Positions 1-13,762 are shown, numbered from the stretch's first letter. The stretch is DNA of 64,000 nucleotides from Amoebidium appalachense (GCA_963693365.1 CAVNZM010000006.1:4629264-4693263), one strand, 5' to 3'. Notes: generated by a model not told the origin, from the letters alone. Numbers and translations: made by a program.

Positions 1-269
1 ACACACTCTCTCTCTCTCTTCTCTCTCTCTCTCCTCCCCCCCCCCTTCCCCCCTCTCTCTTCCCCCTGGGCTCTGTTAAGTGTTTTCTGCCTGCACGCTT
101 AAATTGTTTGATTTTGGATTTCCCACCTTTGTGACGCTATGTTGTTGCTCTTTGTTGTCTCCTCCATATTTCCAACCCTCTAACGCATACATCATCCCCC
201 CCCCACCTCCCCCCCCCCCCCCCCCCCCCCCCCACGTTCTCTTTTTCACTTACACGTACACGTACACAG

Positions 270-628
270 TGGACCCTCCGTGACTGGAACGCCTGCTACA
301 CCGACCTCCCCAGCCGTCAGCTCAAGGTCTCCGTCAAGGATCGCAGTGTCATCACCACCACCGATGCTGAGAGGATTGCTGTGACCCCTGCCGGTCTGCA
401 GGATGCAATTAATGCCGCTGTGGCCAAATACCCCAAGGGCAGGAGTTTTGTCAGGTATATAAAAAATCAACCCCCTTCTTTCCCCCCCCCCCTGCATTGG
501 GTTGTCTGTCGTGGATGTGTGCTATGCACTCTGTAACATCACTTGCCCCCCCCCCCCCCCAAAAAAAAAAGGGGGGGGGGGGGGGGGGGGGGGGGGGAGG
601 GCCGGCCTGCACCATTGTTTTCATTTCG

Positions 629-660
<32 letters not shown>

Positions 661-1042
661 GTCTCGGCACGTGTACAGGAAGGGGTGTTTGTTTGGGTAG
701 GCAAGGCAACCTGTTTTTTGTTTTTTTTTCTCGAAGGGTTGGTGGGGGGGGAGGGGGCAGGGGGGGCATGGTCGACAAGTTAATTTTCAGGATTTATCAA
801 CCCCCACCTGACCACGCCCGTGTCTCCATCAACCCACCCATTCTCTCTCTCACCCGCGCGTACACACACGCGCGCGCACGCGCACACGCACGCACGTACG
901 CAGGCCGTCGGGTACCGAGGATGTTGTGCGTGTGTATGCGGAGGCGGAGACACAGACACAGACGGACGAACTTGCTTATGAGGTGGCTGCTATTGTCCAT
1001 GCAATGGCTGGCGGTACTGGCCCGGTCCCGGCCAAGAAGTAG
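270..1042 (+). CDS. PGM3: Phosphoacetylglucosamine mutase, last two exons (5' part lies outside the window)
   Basis: Exons 270-454 and 904-1042 (GT-AG, phase 2) give [71 protein letters not shown]...[11 protein letters not shown], the recognisable PGM3/AGM1 C-terminus with the FVRPSGTED loop. Not in the ORF track. Confidence 0.95.
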
Positions 1043-1619
1043 ATATACAGGAGATAGTTCTCACGTATTTTCGTTGAAATTTCAAGTATCTTGGGCTCTA
1101 GAATATGATACGTGTTTGCTTGCTGCTCGAGACTTACACAAAGGCATTATATTATAACTTATATTGCTTCATATTTACTTATGGTCAAAAGTTTGTGTAT
1201 TTGGTGGAAGGAGCTGGCATAAGGAACGATTTGTTGCTCCAGCAAATTCGAATAGTTGTGCTCATCCAAATCTAATGAATATATTCATTTTGTGGTTTTC
1301 TTAGTTTGATACGTGGTATATTATCCCATCCATCTAAAGATAAATATGTGTGTGCAGGTGCTGCCACACTGTGTGTGGTATGCATGCTGGCCACATACTC
1401 CAGTTACAGATAAACAAACCGGCATGACGTGTGTATGATTTTACACGAATGGCATGCCGGGGATACGTCCCAAAAAGGTACTTGACTGAGTCCCGGAGTC
1501 CATCCCCTCCTCCTCCTCCCCCCCCCCCCCCCCCTTCCCCCCTTCCCTCCTCCCCCCCTCCCCCCCCCCCCCCCCCCCCCACCACCACCACCACCACACA
1601 CACACACACAACCTTGGCG

Positions 1620-1764
1620 CCCCTCCTGACTCAGAGGATGGGCTCTGCTTATTTTACATATTGCGCGCGTTGCTGATGTTGCATACATGAATGTTTGCTT
1701 TTGCCTGTGTCCTGCTCCGTGTTTCTCATCTTGTACTCGTACTTAAATACCGTATTTCACATTC

Positions 1765-1802
<38 letters not shown>

Positions 1803-1860
1803 ATTTTTATGCATGCATTTCATGTGTGGTTTGCCTCTGCATTGTGTTGTCCGTCATGAC
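1620..1860 (+). repeat. Copy of a dispersed repeat family (others at ~32985-33125, ~34912-34975, ~63605-63770)
   Basis: Shares gaggatgggctctgcttat and tgttgcatac(a/t)tgaatgtttgc(t/c)tttgc(c/a)tgtgtcct with 63646-63724. tgtgtggtttgcctctgcattgtgttgtccgt at ~1823 resembles ~33053-33085. Confidence 0.75.
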
Positions 1861-2645
1861 TATCATCGGTCCGAGAATGCATATTTCCGTAGTTGATCAG
1901 ATGGTTGATCTAATATCACTGACAACCCCCCCCCCCCTCCCCCCCCCGTCTCTCTCTCTCTCTCTCTCAAATCCCAAACTCAACCACAAACATGTAGTAC
2001 TTAGATTATTCGAACGAGAACTGAAAGTGCAGGGATGAGGTGCAAATCACCACTTCAAGTTGAACGAGCTCAGCGCGGAGTGAGTGCTTTGTGCCGAATA
2101 CCCGTGCTATCAGTTCGAGTGTACTTGGTACTTGCCAAATAAGCCACTATTTTCATTCCCGTACAGAAGTGTCTCTATTTTTGTGTTCCCACTTGCTTTA
2201 AAATTGGTATCTGTATTTTTTGTGTCAGTGACAGTTGTTAAAAACGTCACCAGGCCCTGTATTCCGTAAAATTTCTTGCCGTGCACATGTTCACACCCTC
2301 AGCTAGAGTCAGTCAGACACAACATGCACACGTGAGTACAGGTGCATCAGATTCGTTTGTCCAGCAAACATTCGATTTGAATCTTCATACAAGCCTAAAC
2401 GCTCTATGTATCTACGTACTCATACACCCCACGTGCACATGTGTTGGTTCTTTAAAAGTATGAGATGCCCAACCTTTCAAATTCTCTAAAACTAACAGTC
2501 GTTACCCAGACATTTATGGGCAAAAGAAACGTGACAGAATGAGCCAAAATCGTTAAAATACATCACCAATGTACGCCATGTGTGTGACACTTTGTGTGCA
2601 TATGCGTCTGATGTGGGCATTATCAACACACCCACTCTCAAACCG

Positions 2646-2676
<31 letters not shown>

Positions 2677-2935
2677 CTCGCGCGCGTGCGTGTGTGTGCG
2701 TGTGCGTGTGTGCGTACATGCGTGTGTACATGCTTGTGTACATGCGTGTCTGTGTGTCTGTCCTGTGTGTATCTTTGTCTGTCTGTCTGTGTGTGTGTAT
2801 GTGTCAGTGTGTGCATGTGCACGTTTTGTAAATGTACAAGACTGCCTACGTAGCTACGAACTACAGACTACACTGCACGTTCACGTATCAACGCGCATGT
2901 ACATAGATGGCATGCCGGTTTGCACAAAAAACACC

Positions 2936-4166
2936 TCAAAAATCTACAAATGTATCCACACACGTTATGGCCATAGTAAAGCACCCAAACACAACCACAC
3001 ACCACAGGGCACCAATCACAATACGATTATGGGGGAGGCGGGGTCCTAATCGGATCCAACAGATCGCAGGAAGAACCGTCGAGATTGCGATTCCTGACAC
3101 GCCGCCGACCAATCCAAACACTTTTCCCAGATCGGTAACGTGATCTGCGATGAAAAACCCGGAAATCAATAGGAAGAGCGTAACGCAAATGTGGACAACG
3201 CTGCGAATTCTCCCGTTGTTGGGCATGTGAAGAATCCATTCGGGTTTTTTCAACTGGATAATGGAAAGAATAGCGACCCGGGGCATGTAGATAGTGTACG
3301 GGATATTCAGGATGATATTTACGGAAAGGAGAATTCGAAGAATCACCGCCACCAGATTATCATCGTCATAACTATCCAAAATATTTGCCGCCGTATTATC
3401 TCCAAATACCATCCACGCACATACCGTCATTGCCACCAACATAAACAGCGGGATATACATGGATAACCCGGCCACCACCGAATATCTCGGCATGGTATTC
3501 TTTTCCAACGTCGTGGATATATGGTACGCCAAATCGTGGCACGCAAACAAATACGCTAACCCCCCCATACCCTGGAACATCCCTCCCCTCACCGCCTCCC
3601 CGGAGCCGGCCGGCTCCCTATCCCCTCCGTGAAACCACCCCATGTGCACCGCCGCGTGACCAATCACCCCCACGACCAACAACAAAACTATCCCGACCGA
3701 AATTGCAGAAACGACGTTTAGAGACGCCAAATGTTTTTTGAACGCCAGGGGGGACAAAAGAAACATCGCGAAGAGAAGAATTGTCGTGCGTTGAAACAGG
3801 GCTGGGTGGTCGCCCAATAGAAACGTCAGGGTGCCCGGAAGCATACCGGCCAACATGATCAAACCGCTGACAAACCCCCCGAAATTGAACATGAAAATTG
3901 CCGAGCTAGAAAGGAGATATCCGGGAATTCCGAGCGCGAGATAGCACGTCTCGACGAACCCCATCAGGCTGCGCTCTAGGGTAAGCCGGTGGAGAACGAT
4001 AAGCATGAGGTGGCCCAAAACAGCCAAAAACAGGAGCATGAGAAGACCGGTGGGGAGGCCGGAAATGATTATGAAATACGGAACAGAGACGATGGATGAC
4101 GTAAACACGTCGTTGACTAGGTTAAAGGTTCCATAAAACATGTTCATTCGGTATGGCACAACCGCA

Positions 4167-4198
<32 letters not shown>

Positions 4199-4919
4199 TT
4201 CTGTGTCCAATTCGCACCCCTCACCCCCCAGATCGTCCCCGTCCGTACCTCCCGTGAGTAAAACCCCCGCTGATTCGTTCATGGAATTTTGCCTCGACCT
4301 CCTAGACCTCACTCTCAACTGTCCTGTAAGGGACGCATTCCTACTTAGTTGCCTACTCGGCGCATTTGAATGCGGCCGGGATCCCCTTCTACTCCTGTGA
4401 GTACCAGGGGAGCGCAAATTTGCCGAATTTGCGTCCGTGCCTATCCAATCACCGAACGCCGCTTGGGATTCGGGCTCGAAGACCATTTCCTCGAGTCTTT
4501 CGATCGCGCTTAATCGGTGGGTTTCTTCTTCGTGATCCCAATCATCACCTGTGCAATTGAAAAAAAAAAAGATAATCAGAATTTATGATGAACCAAAAAA
4601 CAAAAAAACAAGAAGTTTCTATTGAAAAAAAGATCAGACGACTGTGTGAGGTTATACTCCTTTGCTTTCCCCCCTCCCCCCCCCCCCAAATAAATTTATC
4701 CAAATTCTAGGTACATCCAAACCCCCCCCCCCTCTCCCCCCGCCCCCGCCCAACCCACCACCGCCAAGCACACACATACACACAGAAAGAGACACATACA
4801 TACAGGAACAGAGGCACACATGTAGGCAAGCGCACACACACATACACACACCCGCACCCACCCACGGGTGGGAGTGGACTACTTTGCCAGGGTGGGGGTG
4901 GGGTGGGGTGTGTGTGTGT

Positions 4920-4960
<41 letters not shown>

Positions 4961-5156
4961 TGACTGTGTGCACGTGGAGCAGTAAGAGAGCATGAGGATG
5001 TGTGTTTTGGTGCGTGTGTGTTGGGGGAGGGCGGGCGGAGGGGGGGAAAGGGTGGGTACGGGCAGAGAGGAAAGTGAGGGAGAGGGGGACGGAAATTGTA
5101 CACTACAAGCGGAGATAGACAAGACCATGCCCATAAAGTGTATACCATGGTGCAGG

Positions 5157-5195
<39 letters not shown>

Positions 5196-6630
5196 ACGGC
5201 TTACGTTTGCATGTTTGCGTGCACATTTCAGTGCGTGTATAAGCACGTGCAACCGTGTTTCTCTCTGCATGTTCTTGGATATGTGCGGGCAGGGGGAGAG
5301 AGGGGGGGGGGGGGGGGAGGGGAGGGGGGGGAGGTTGGGAGGGAAGGAGAAGGGAGGGGAGAGGGATTGAGAAATGGGGGATGGGGTAGGTGGGTGGGTT
5401 GGGGGTGGGGTGGGGTTTGGGAATTGGGAGGGGGGGGGGGGGGGGGGGGGGGGAGGGAAGAAAGGGTAGAAGGCCGTTGCAGAGTACAAAGCTCACAATC
5501 ACGACCGACCACACCAGGCAGAATTATAAAATAGGAGCACACACACATATTCTTTCTTTCTTTTTTTTTTTTTTTGGCCCGGCGGCGGGGGGAGGAGGGA
5601 GGGAGGAGTGAGGGGTCTGTGGCAAAGGGTTTTGCGGCTCTATCTCTCTCTTCCTTCTCCTTTATCTCTTTCCTCGTCATTTATATCCCTCTCACTCGCT
5701 CCCTTGCTCTCTCACTCCCTCGTCTCCCTTCTCCCCTCTCTCCCATTTCCAAAACCCTCTGCCACAGACCCCTCTCACCCATTCCCCCCCTCCCCCCCAA
5801 CTCTCCGCCCCTTCCCCCCCCCCCCCCCCCCCCAAACCCCTTTTCCTTGTAATCAAAAGAGATAAAACTCCCTCCCTTCGCCCTACCCACCCATATACCC
5901 AGCCATTCCCCAGAAACTCAACCCCCCTCCCCCCCCCCCTCCAAACACACACACATCCTTCCCCCTCCCCCCCCCCCCTCCCCAAAAAAAACCCGAACTC
6001 ACAACCCCCTCTGCTCCCCCCTCCCCCTCCCCCCAACTCTTTTCTTTTCCCCGTCCTCTAATGAAGCCATCCACCACCTTCTTATAAAACATCGCTTATG
6101 AGAACTAGCGGGGACCTACCCAAATGCACTCTCCCTTCATCGTGGTGGTCCCCGTGCCGCACGTGCGCGTGGCCGTGTGCATGATGATGGTTGGTCAATA
6201 TTGCATGTATGTCTTTTGCATGTGCATGTTGTGTCGACGCTACCTGTCCCCCTTCCTCCCTCTCCTCCGCCACCTCCCCTCTACCTTGCACATGCTGGTC
6301 ATCATTGCTTCCAACGGTGGTGAGAGAGATCTCCTCGTGTATAATCCCAACGTCCTCCGCTGCAGAAAACAATGTCTGCACCAATGTTTCGTCATCTATT
6401 TCCGTGATTTGTGCCGTTGCAAGTGCAAGAACGAGAAGCTCTCGCTCCTCTGAAACGGGGGGTAAAGCCTCCAGGATTAAGCCCGGCTCTGCCGGTATAT
6501 CTGGCAACGCTTCTACCTCTGTTTGTTGGTTCTACTCGTGGAATGTTACACCATGACCGTGCTGGTCGTGGTAGGATAGCAGAGATGCGAGGTTGCTGAG
6601 AAGGGGGCGGGCCTGGCCTTCTTCAGCCAT
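2936..6630 (-). CDS. SLC38/AAAP (Aa_trans) amino-acid transporter with a long acidic/His-rich N-terminus; two exons, in-frame TAG in exon 1
   Basis: Exon 2 (4548-2936) is a multi-TM ORF (FNLVNDVFTSSIVSVPY, LFACHD, FGLVGGVSG) that stays open upstream of its ATG to a cag acceptor at 4551-4549. Exon 1 (6630-6120) ends TTG G|gtaggt in matching phase 1. TAG at 6534-6532. The transporter core is secure; exon 1 is inferred. Confidence 0.85.
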
Positions 6631-8132
6631 GGAAGGAAGAGGAGGGGGCGGGGAGGGAAAGTCACCACGTCTTTATCGTTTCTTGCACTCTGCTAGTATG
6701 CTTTTGGCTATGTTTGCTGTACTTTTATCGGGTGTGTTTTGCGTACTTGTGTGTGTGTTAAAGAGACGTGTATGGTGGAGGTATGTTCTTGCGTGTGCAG
6801 ATGCGCTTTACGTGTGTGTGTGTGTCTTGTGTGACGGTGTGGGTGTGTGTGTGTGTTTGCGTGCGTGTGTATGTGTTTCTTCTGTACAGGGTGTAGGTGG
6901 GTGAGTAAGCCTTGAATTTGCTTCAGGAACAACAACGTTACCCTAGTGCCCACCAACTATATAACCTGCAAGCAGACTCGCGCAGTCTATATAGCAACAA
7001 CAAACAGCCTGTTGACAGCAAGACTCTGTTTTCTCTCTGTATCTCTGTGAAGCAAACCCGCCGTACGCGTTACCCGCGGCCAGCTCCCGCTCTGCTGGGA
7101 AAGCACGTAAGCGGCATATCTAAGGCATGGATTACAACTAATAGGAAGAAATTTAACATAAATGATGCGTTGTGACCCAATGAAAATAAATCTATTTTCC
7201 TGGAAATCCAATTGGTACGAAGCAGTATCCGATCTGAAGGTCCGCATGATCCTTGACGTCTAGTAGTAGTACCCCAGCGGCTGTACGTGCAGCGACTGCT
7301 GTTGTGGGGTGAGCAGAACCTAAAGAGGATAGACGATTGCAGATTAGGAAAAAATTCAACGTATTATGTGTTCATCACTATGTAAGTTATCTAGTCTACT
7401 TGATACAGTTTTGTTTCCATGTTGGCGTGCACGGAACGCCGCCACCCCGGCTGAGTCCCGCCGCTGACTCCCGCGTGGCGGTAGGCGCGTGAAAACAGCC
7501 AATCAGACATCAAGCCACATTATTGACACGCATTCCTAAGTTAGGGTTTGAAACACGTGTCCCCTCAGCCTCAGCCAGGTGAGATGTATGAGAGAAGGTA
7601 CGAGTATATAACTTATATAATTTGGTAATAAGCCTCAGCTTGTTAGGTTTCAGTCTTATTGTACATATAATCTAATGTCTTATGATTCTGAATTCTCGTT
7701 TTGCAAGTTAACTACAGAGAAGGGATAAGTTACCTGTGTGTATCAGCTCTCTCATGACTCAGTACATCTCACTTCACACCCTGTGTGAGATCGGCCGCAG
7801 TGCTCAGCCTCAGACCGCAGGTGGACTCAACAAATTTGCAGAGACGTTTTGCTGGACAGAAACATTGCAGATGATATTGTGCGATTCTTATTGCTTACGT
7901 CTTCTACATAGGCACCAGAGGCTAGCATATCCTTACGTATAGGTTATGCGGCCAGGCGGCTATGAGCATTCAATGCACACCGCCAAGTTTGTTATGAAGA
8001 CGCCAAGACACAAAAACGCTTGTTGTTTTCCAAGGAACATGGCCCGCACACCTCAAAAACACAATTAGCAGTTCTTTTTTCCCCCTCCTCAATCAACCTT
8101 TCATAATAACCCCCCGTTATTTTCTCTTCCCT

Positions 8133-9515
8133 ATGTTGTCCTTTAACCATGTCTCCGAGCCAGACACCGTGGTTGGGGCTCTATCCGGTCTTGAATTCAC
8201 CAAGAAAGCGAGCGCAGTAAGAAGCAAGCTACAGGGATGGGTGGGCGAGGTCATCACCCTGGCACGGGAGGACAAACCAGTAACCGTTCCCGGAAAAATG
8301 AACCTATTTTACGGTGCATTCAACCTGATGAATGACGTTTTTACCTCGTCCATAGTGTCAGTTCCCTATTTTGTAGTCCTGTGTGGAGTGGCAAACGGGC
8401 TGTACCTTCTTTTCTTCCTCGCCGTTTTGGGGCATGCCATGTTACTGTTTCTTCACCAGTTGACGCTCGAAAGGGGCTATACAAGTCTCTGTGATGCATG
8501 CCTTTCGGCGCTCGGCCCTGCTGGATACATTTCGGCCAGTTTTTCCATCTTCTTGTTCAACTTTGGCGGCTATGTTGGTGCTCTGATGATGCTAATAGAC
8601 CTTCTACCTACCCTTTTGGCACATTTCGGGCTAATGTTGGACGGGGCGGTCGTTCTGCTGGTTGCCGTGGTGGCACTATCCCCCCTAGCATTCAAGCGGA
8701 ATTTGGACGCATTAAATTTTGTGAGTGCCTTTGGTGTCACTGTCAACATCTACCTCGTTGCCGGGACAATCACCTATGCCGTCGTTGTGCTTTTGACTAC
8801 ATCCAGTCCATTCTCCGAGCGAGGGACACACCTTCATTCCGTCTCAGAATCCGCAGTTTCTGAAGGGAATTTTCTCGAGGGCATTGGAGGTTTGGTTTTT
8901 CTGTACGCCTGCCATGATTTGGCATATGATGTTTCCACTTCGCTAGAAAAACCAACGTTGAAAAGGTACGCAGTGGTTTCTGGAATATCGATGTACCTCC
9001 CTTTTGTTCTCCTGGCCACTCTTAGCCTGTTCATGTGGCTGCTATACGGGGATAGTCTAGAGGCGAACCTGCTGGATAACTTTGCACGGGATAACCTTTT
9101 GGCGGTGATTTTGCGCTTGCTGTTGTCTCTGAACATCATTTTCAACATACCGTACATGGTGTACATGCCTAGGCAGGGGTTAATCTCGCTCGTTCGCTTT
9201 ATCACTGACCAGCAAAAAGTTCCTAATTCTCTCTCGTTTGATGCGCGGTCTAACGCTTTTCACAACACAGCCACTCTACTGCTTTTGGTTATCGGGTATT
9301 TTATGGCCATCACAATAACCGATTTGGGAAAGGTTTTCGGTTTGGTGGGTGGTGTTTCTGGTGTCGCTGTGTCTTCTATTCTTCCTGCTTTGTGCTGGTT
9401 ACAACTTGGGTCCCCTTTACCATATAACGGTATTGTTAGGCTAGGGTTATATGCTGTGGTTGTTTTTGGCGTTTCTGTGGCTTCGCTTAGCACTATCAGC
9501 TGTTTCTCCTATTAG
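8133..9515 (+). CDS. SLC38/AAAP (Aa_trans) amino-acid transporter, intronless paralog of the 2936-4548 gene
   Basis: 460-aa hydrophobic ORF sharing long blocks with its neighbour (NDVFTSSIVSVPYF, ACHDLAY, AVILR, NIPY, TDLGKVFGLVGGVSG). Confidence 0.93.
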   Translation: MLSFNHVSEPDTVVGALSGLEFTKKASAVRSKLQGWVGEVITLAREDKPVTVPGKMNLFYGAFNLMNDVFTSSIVSVPYFVVLCGVANGLYLLFFLAVLGHAMLLFLHQLTLERGYTSLCDACLSALGPAGYISASFSIFLFNFGGYVGALMMLIDLLPTLLAHFGLMLDGAVVLLVAVVALSPLAFKRNLDALNFVSAFGVTVNIYLVAGTITYAVVVLLTTSSPFSERGTHLHSVSESAVSEGNFLEGIGGLVFLYACHDLAYDVSTSLEKPTLKRYAVVSGISMYLPFVLLATLSLFMWLLYGDSLEANLLDNFARDNLLAVILRLLLSLNIIFNIPYMVYMPRQGLISLVRFITDQQKVPNSLSFDARSNAFHNTATLLLLVIGYFMAITITDLGKVFGLVGGVSGVAVSSILPALCWLQLGSPLPYNGIVRLGLYAVVVFGVSVASLSTISCFSY

Positions 9516-9988
9516 CTGATAAAATACTTCTCTTACCACGACAAAATATGCAATGGTGTATGTGTTTTAAATATTTAGTTATCCTATTATGATTATCGTT
9601 TATATATGCACGAATGCAAAAATTATGTCATAACTAAGGAAATGCATGCACCAGAAATTATATATTGGTTGCGTATGCATGCTAGCGCTAGTGTTGACTG
9701 GTGGCAGAGGTTATATATGCAGATAAGTATGAATAAATTGCTAATTATTTTGGTATCGTTATGAATTTATGTCTGAAAGAATGCTTTCATTCATCATGTT
9801 TGACATTTTTGTTCAGAAAAAGTTAGATAACTGTAGTCCTGTCTGCTGCAAAGGTAACCAAATGTCAGAGGAAGTGCTATCTCCTCTGATGCAGAAGCCG
9901 AAACAAAAATAGATACGAAATACATGAAAACACGTACAATGGTGTGCTCTGATCGTCCTCGCTGCCTCCCCCTCCCCCCCCTCCTCCT

Positions 9989-10022
<34 letters not shown>

Positions 10023-10606
10023 TTTTTTTTTCTAGTTGCTCTTTAGAGTGATTTTGATGTTCGGTGTCTCATGCTCCTCCTCCCCCCCCCCCCCCCCCCC
10101 CCCTCTCCATCCGTTGGTGTGTTAAATGTTTGGACACCGAGGCAGAGTGCGCAGAGGTGTTATACAAAGCACACACACACACACACACACACACACATGC
10201 ACGCACGCACACACGTACGCACGTGCCCGCACCGCATGCACACGCACACGCACACACGCACACACACACACACAAACGGCCCAGCAGTCGTCCGCACACG
10301 CGTGTCTGCACATAAATAAATTCATGCACATACACCCATATCAATACATGTGCCCCCCCCCCCCCCTCCCCCCCCCCCCCCCCCCTGCCTCCTTTCCCTC
10401 CCTGCCTCCCCTCCCCACGCCTCACCTTCCCTGAACTTACACACACACAGCCCCCCCCCTCCCCCCTCCCCTCCCAAAACCCCAAACCCAACCAAATTTC
10501 CATCTTGAATGGTGGGCCTCCCAGGGCCATGTAACACTCCCCTCCCCCCTCCCCCATCCCCTTCCCCCCGCCCCTTCCCCTCCCCCCCTTCGCCTCCTCT
10601 CTCCCC

Positions 10607-10658
<52 letters not shown>

Positions 10659-10917
10659 TTAAAACGTTTTGATAAATGTCTCGCCCATCACTGCCGTTTT
10701 CATGTGGGTACCAGCCCGACAGGGTATTTTTATATTCTTTCCAAGATGACAGGGTGAAGGGTATCAAAAGTGAATCTGCGGCTGAAGCGAAAAATGCAAC
10801 CACGGTTTCTCTTTGTCAAATTACACCCACCCACCCACCCTCCCTCCCTAGAGGCCTCTCCCCCCCCCCCCCCCCCCCCCCCAATCACCACCACCATCAT
10901 CACCACCACTACCACCA

Positions 10918-12200
10918 TCAGAACTCTTTGGTTGATTCCAGAAACGTCCCCCCATTGGCTAGCACATGCTTCCTCACCGCCGCCACCCCATCTGTGTCCA
11001 GATCGGTGCACGCCCGCAACTCCACATTCCTGAGTTTACGTGCCTTGCACAGACATGACAGATCCAGGCCGTCGCAATGCAGGTGGACAAGACGGATGAA
11101 GACCAGATTGGTGCAAAACGAAACATGTGTTATGTCTTCCAGCTTACTGTAATATAGGTGTAGCGTGCGGAGGTGGGTGCATGTGGAGACGGGTGATATG
11201 TCTTTCAGTCTCGCAAGGTTCATAGCAAGAAAGGTGAGTTGTGTGAAACAGCCAAGCGCCGAAATGTCTGTGATGTCGTAGCTAAACCCCACATCGAGGT
11301 GCTTGAGCTTAGTGCATGCGGAGAGGAAATCGAGAGAACGAACGGTGTCGGGTAGCCCCTGCATCTTAAGCCATGTTAGATTGGTACAAGCAGAAATGCC
11401 CGCCACTGCATCATCTTCAAGAGAACCTTGAATGTCCAGAACCTTCAAATGCGCTGCTGCCGTTTTTAGCATCTTGATGCCGGGCTTCCAGAAGTCGAGC
11501 CACACCTTTAATTCATCAAGCGGCCACATGGACATGTCGTTTGGAAGTTGGCGGCTGGGGGACGTAAGAGACGTGAGGCAGGTCAATGTGGTAAGGGGTT
11601 GAAGGCAATTTGGTGTTTTTTTGTGTTGCAAAACCCATCGAGAACGTGGAGCTTTCTGAGGGTGGTGCAGTGTGCAAGGGCATGGATCTCTCCGATTGAC
11701 ATCTGAGCCATGAATTGAAACGTGTGGAATTGTTTAAGCAGAACGAGGGATGATGCACCGATGACGTCCCTATAGTAGGAGCCCACATAGAGTTTGTTGA
11801 GGTGGCTAGTAACGCCCAGACGAGAGAGATCCAGTCCGCGCTTTTCACTCCATGTGCCCTTCGTTTCTGGTTTGGTTGGCGCAAACACGGCAAGAAACTC
11901 CAGATGAGGAAACAGCGACAGGAACATGGGTAGATGCGCATGGTTAGGTTCCTTTTCGTCTATGGAAAGATGGTCACCGTCGAGTTTGATGAAGCGAACT
12001 GCCGCCCCCCACACTTGGCCACCACGTTGAATGCTCTCTTGTGATGTCGAGGTCCTAACTGTAATGGCGTCGAAAATGGGTGTTTTTCTAAGAAGTTTGC
12101 ACCACCGCTTGGACACCAGCGAGCAGGTGAGGCGGTCTTGCAGAGAGAGGAAGTTTAAAACATGTTGAAGAAGGTCGTCTATGTCTAAGGGCTTAGCCAT
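10918..12200 (-). CDS. F-box + leucine-rich-repeat protein, with a 1-nt frameshift in an A7 run
   Basis: N-terminal F-box (LDIDDLLQHVLNFLSLQDRLTCSLVSKRW) followed by LRRs (LSACTKLKHLDV, ALGCFTQLTFL, VSTCTHLRTLHL). ORFs 11583-12320 and 10918-11631 join if one base is added to the T7 run at 11616-11622. Confidence 0.85.
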
Positions 12201-12953
12201 TGTGTGATGCGCTGGAGATGGAGCAGATCTAAACGGAGATACAGTGGGAAGTTGAAGGAGAACGTTTGTGGCGGAGAGTGATTCTAAACCATAGAAATAA
12301 AAGCAGTTAGTGTCACGCATTTAGAAGTAGCATATAGAGAACGAAGTGTTTGGAATACCCGAAAGAAACCGGCGTAGGGCAGTAGGCTCCGCCCAAGTGC
12401 TATGTTTGCAGAATTGTCAAGTTCTCACACCTTGAACTGCAAAAGTGCAACAAGTCACTCCATAAGGAATCCTTGGTCGGCAAGGAAATATGACGTCATG
12501 ATGGGTCATCGCTAGACTTGAACCTCGGTGTACATATCGGTTGTTCCACTGCCAGCCTATCAACGCCTGTGACCGTGCAATCATTGAATGTTTTGCTTTC
12601 GATACACGCTTATAGAGCTCCCTCCCACCCCTTTCAGTGTTCTGAATTATGACTTCAGTTTCCCGTTTTTCTTCTTGTGAGATTTCACTCCTCCCGGCAC
12701 TGCATGGCCGGTGGGCCTCAAGTACTATGCAACAGCGCTGTCAGCAGGGGAAGGGGCCGGGAGGGGAGGGGGGGTTTTCGAAGGGGAAGGGCGGGGGGAG
12801 GATCCGGATGCACGAGCTCGAGAACGTCCGCCCGGGATGTGGGGCATGTGCACCGTACAGACTATACACACACACCGTCACGCACATATGTGCATGTGCG
12901 CTGCCCGCGCATACAGTGTCACACACTGGCCATGGTTTTAGACTCAACCACAT

Positions 12954-12996
<43 letters not shown>

Positions 12997-13716
12997 TATA
13001 TACACACACGATTTATTGTGCCACACCGTACGTGCACACGTGCACATGCGCATGCATGGGCACCGAGGCACCGTGACCTTGAACACACTGCAACCGCACA
13101 CACCTTGACATGTACACGCCGTATGCGTGTACGTGGCGCACTAAAGTCTTGGTATGGAAGACTCTGTCCGGCAGAGCTGCATAGGCATCTGCAAACTTGT
13201 GGTCTCATAATAAGCCTTGAAGGTAGGGGTACCTTATAATCATTGATGAAATCGGAACTAAATTAAATTTATTTAGTCTCACAGTATATTCCTTTGTTTG
13301 TTTGTTTTTTAGTTTTTTATATTATCAGATATTGTATTTGTATCATGGCACTCAGCCACGCACTTGCGGTACACCGTAAATCAATATAGAGTGATTATGT
13401 GCTCGCTATTAGCGCGGCTCTTTTCATCACTAGCAGTGTCTAAATTTAAAGCTAAATTTGTATACTACGTATACGCATGCTACATGTACTTATATCACAC
13501 AAATATCTCAACGGTGATATCTGCAATCATATACTTTCGTAGTAATTGTCGTTTTTAACCAACACCGTTTTGAAGTCTACCTAGGAACATGGATCACATT
13601 TGCTCGCTTGCGCATGCAAACATTTTAAGTTAAATGCCTACAAAAAATACCAGAAATGGATGTGCGGTAATTATCCCCCCCCCCCCCCCCGCCCCTCCCC
13701 CCCCCACACACACACC

Positions 13717-13762
<46 letters not shown>

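Noticed and set aside
7549-7561. gaaacacgtgtc, resembling a Penelope hammerhead stem III
   Set aside because: No CTGANGA box upstream.
11616-11622. Programmed frameshift in the F-box/LRR gene
   Set aside because: This shift and those at 16588-16593 and 52671-52680 all fall in homopolymer runs, so sequencing indels are the simplest explanation.
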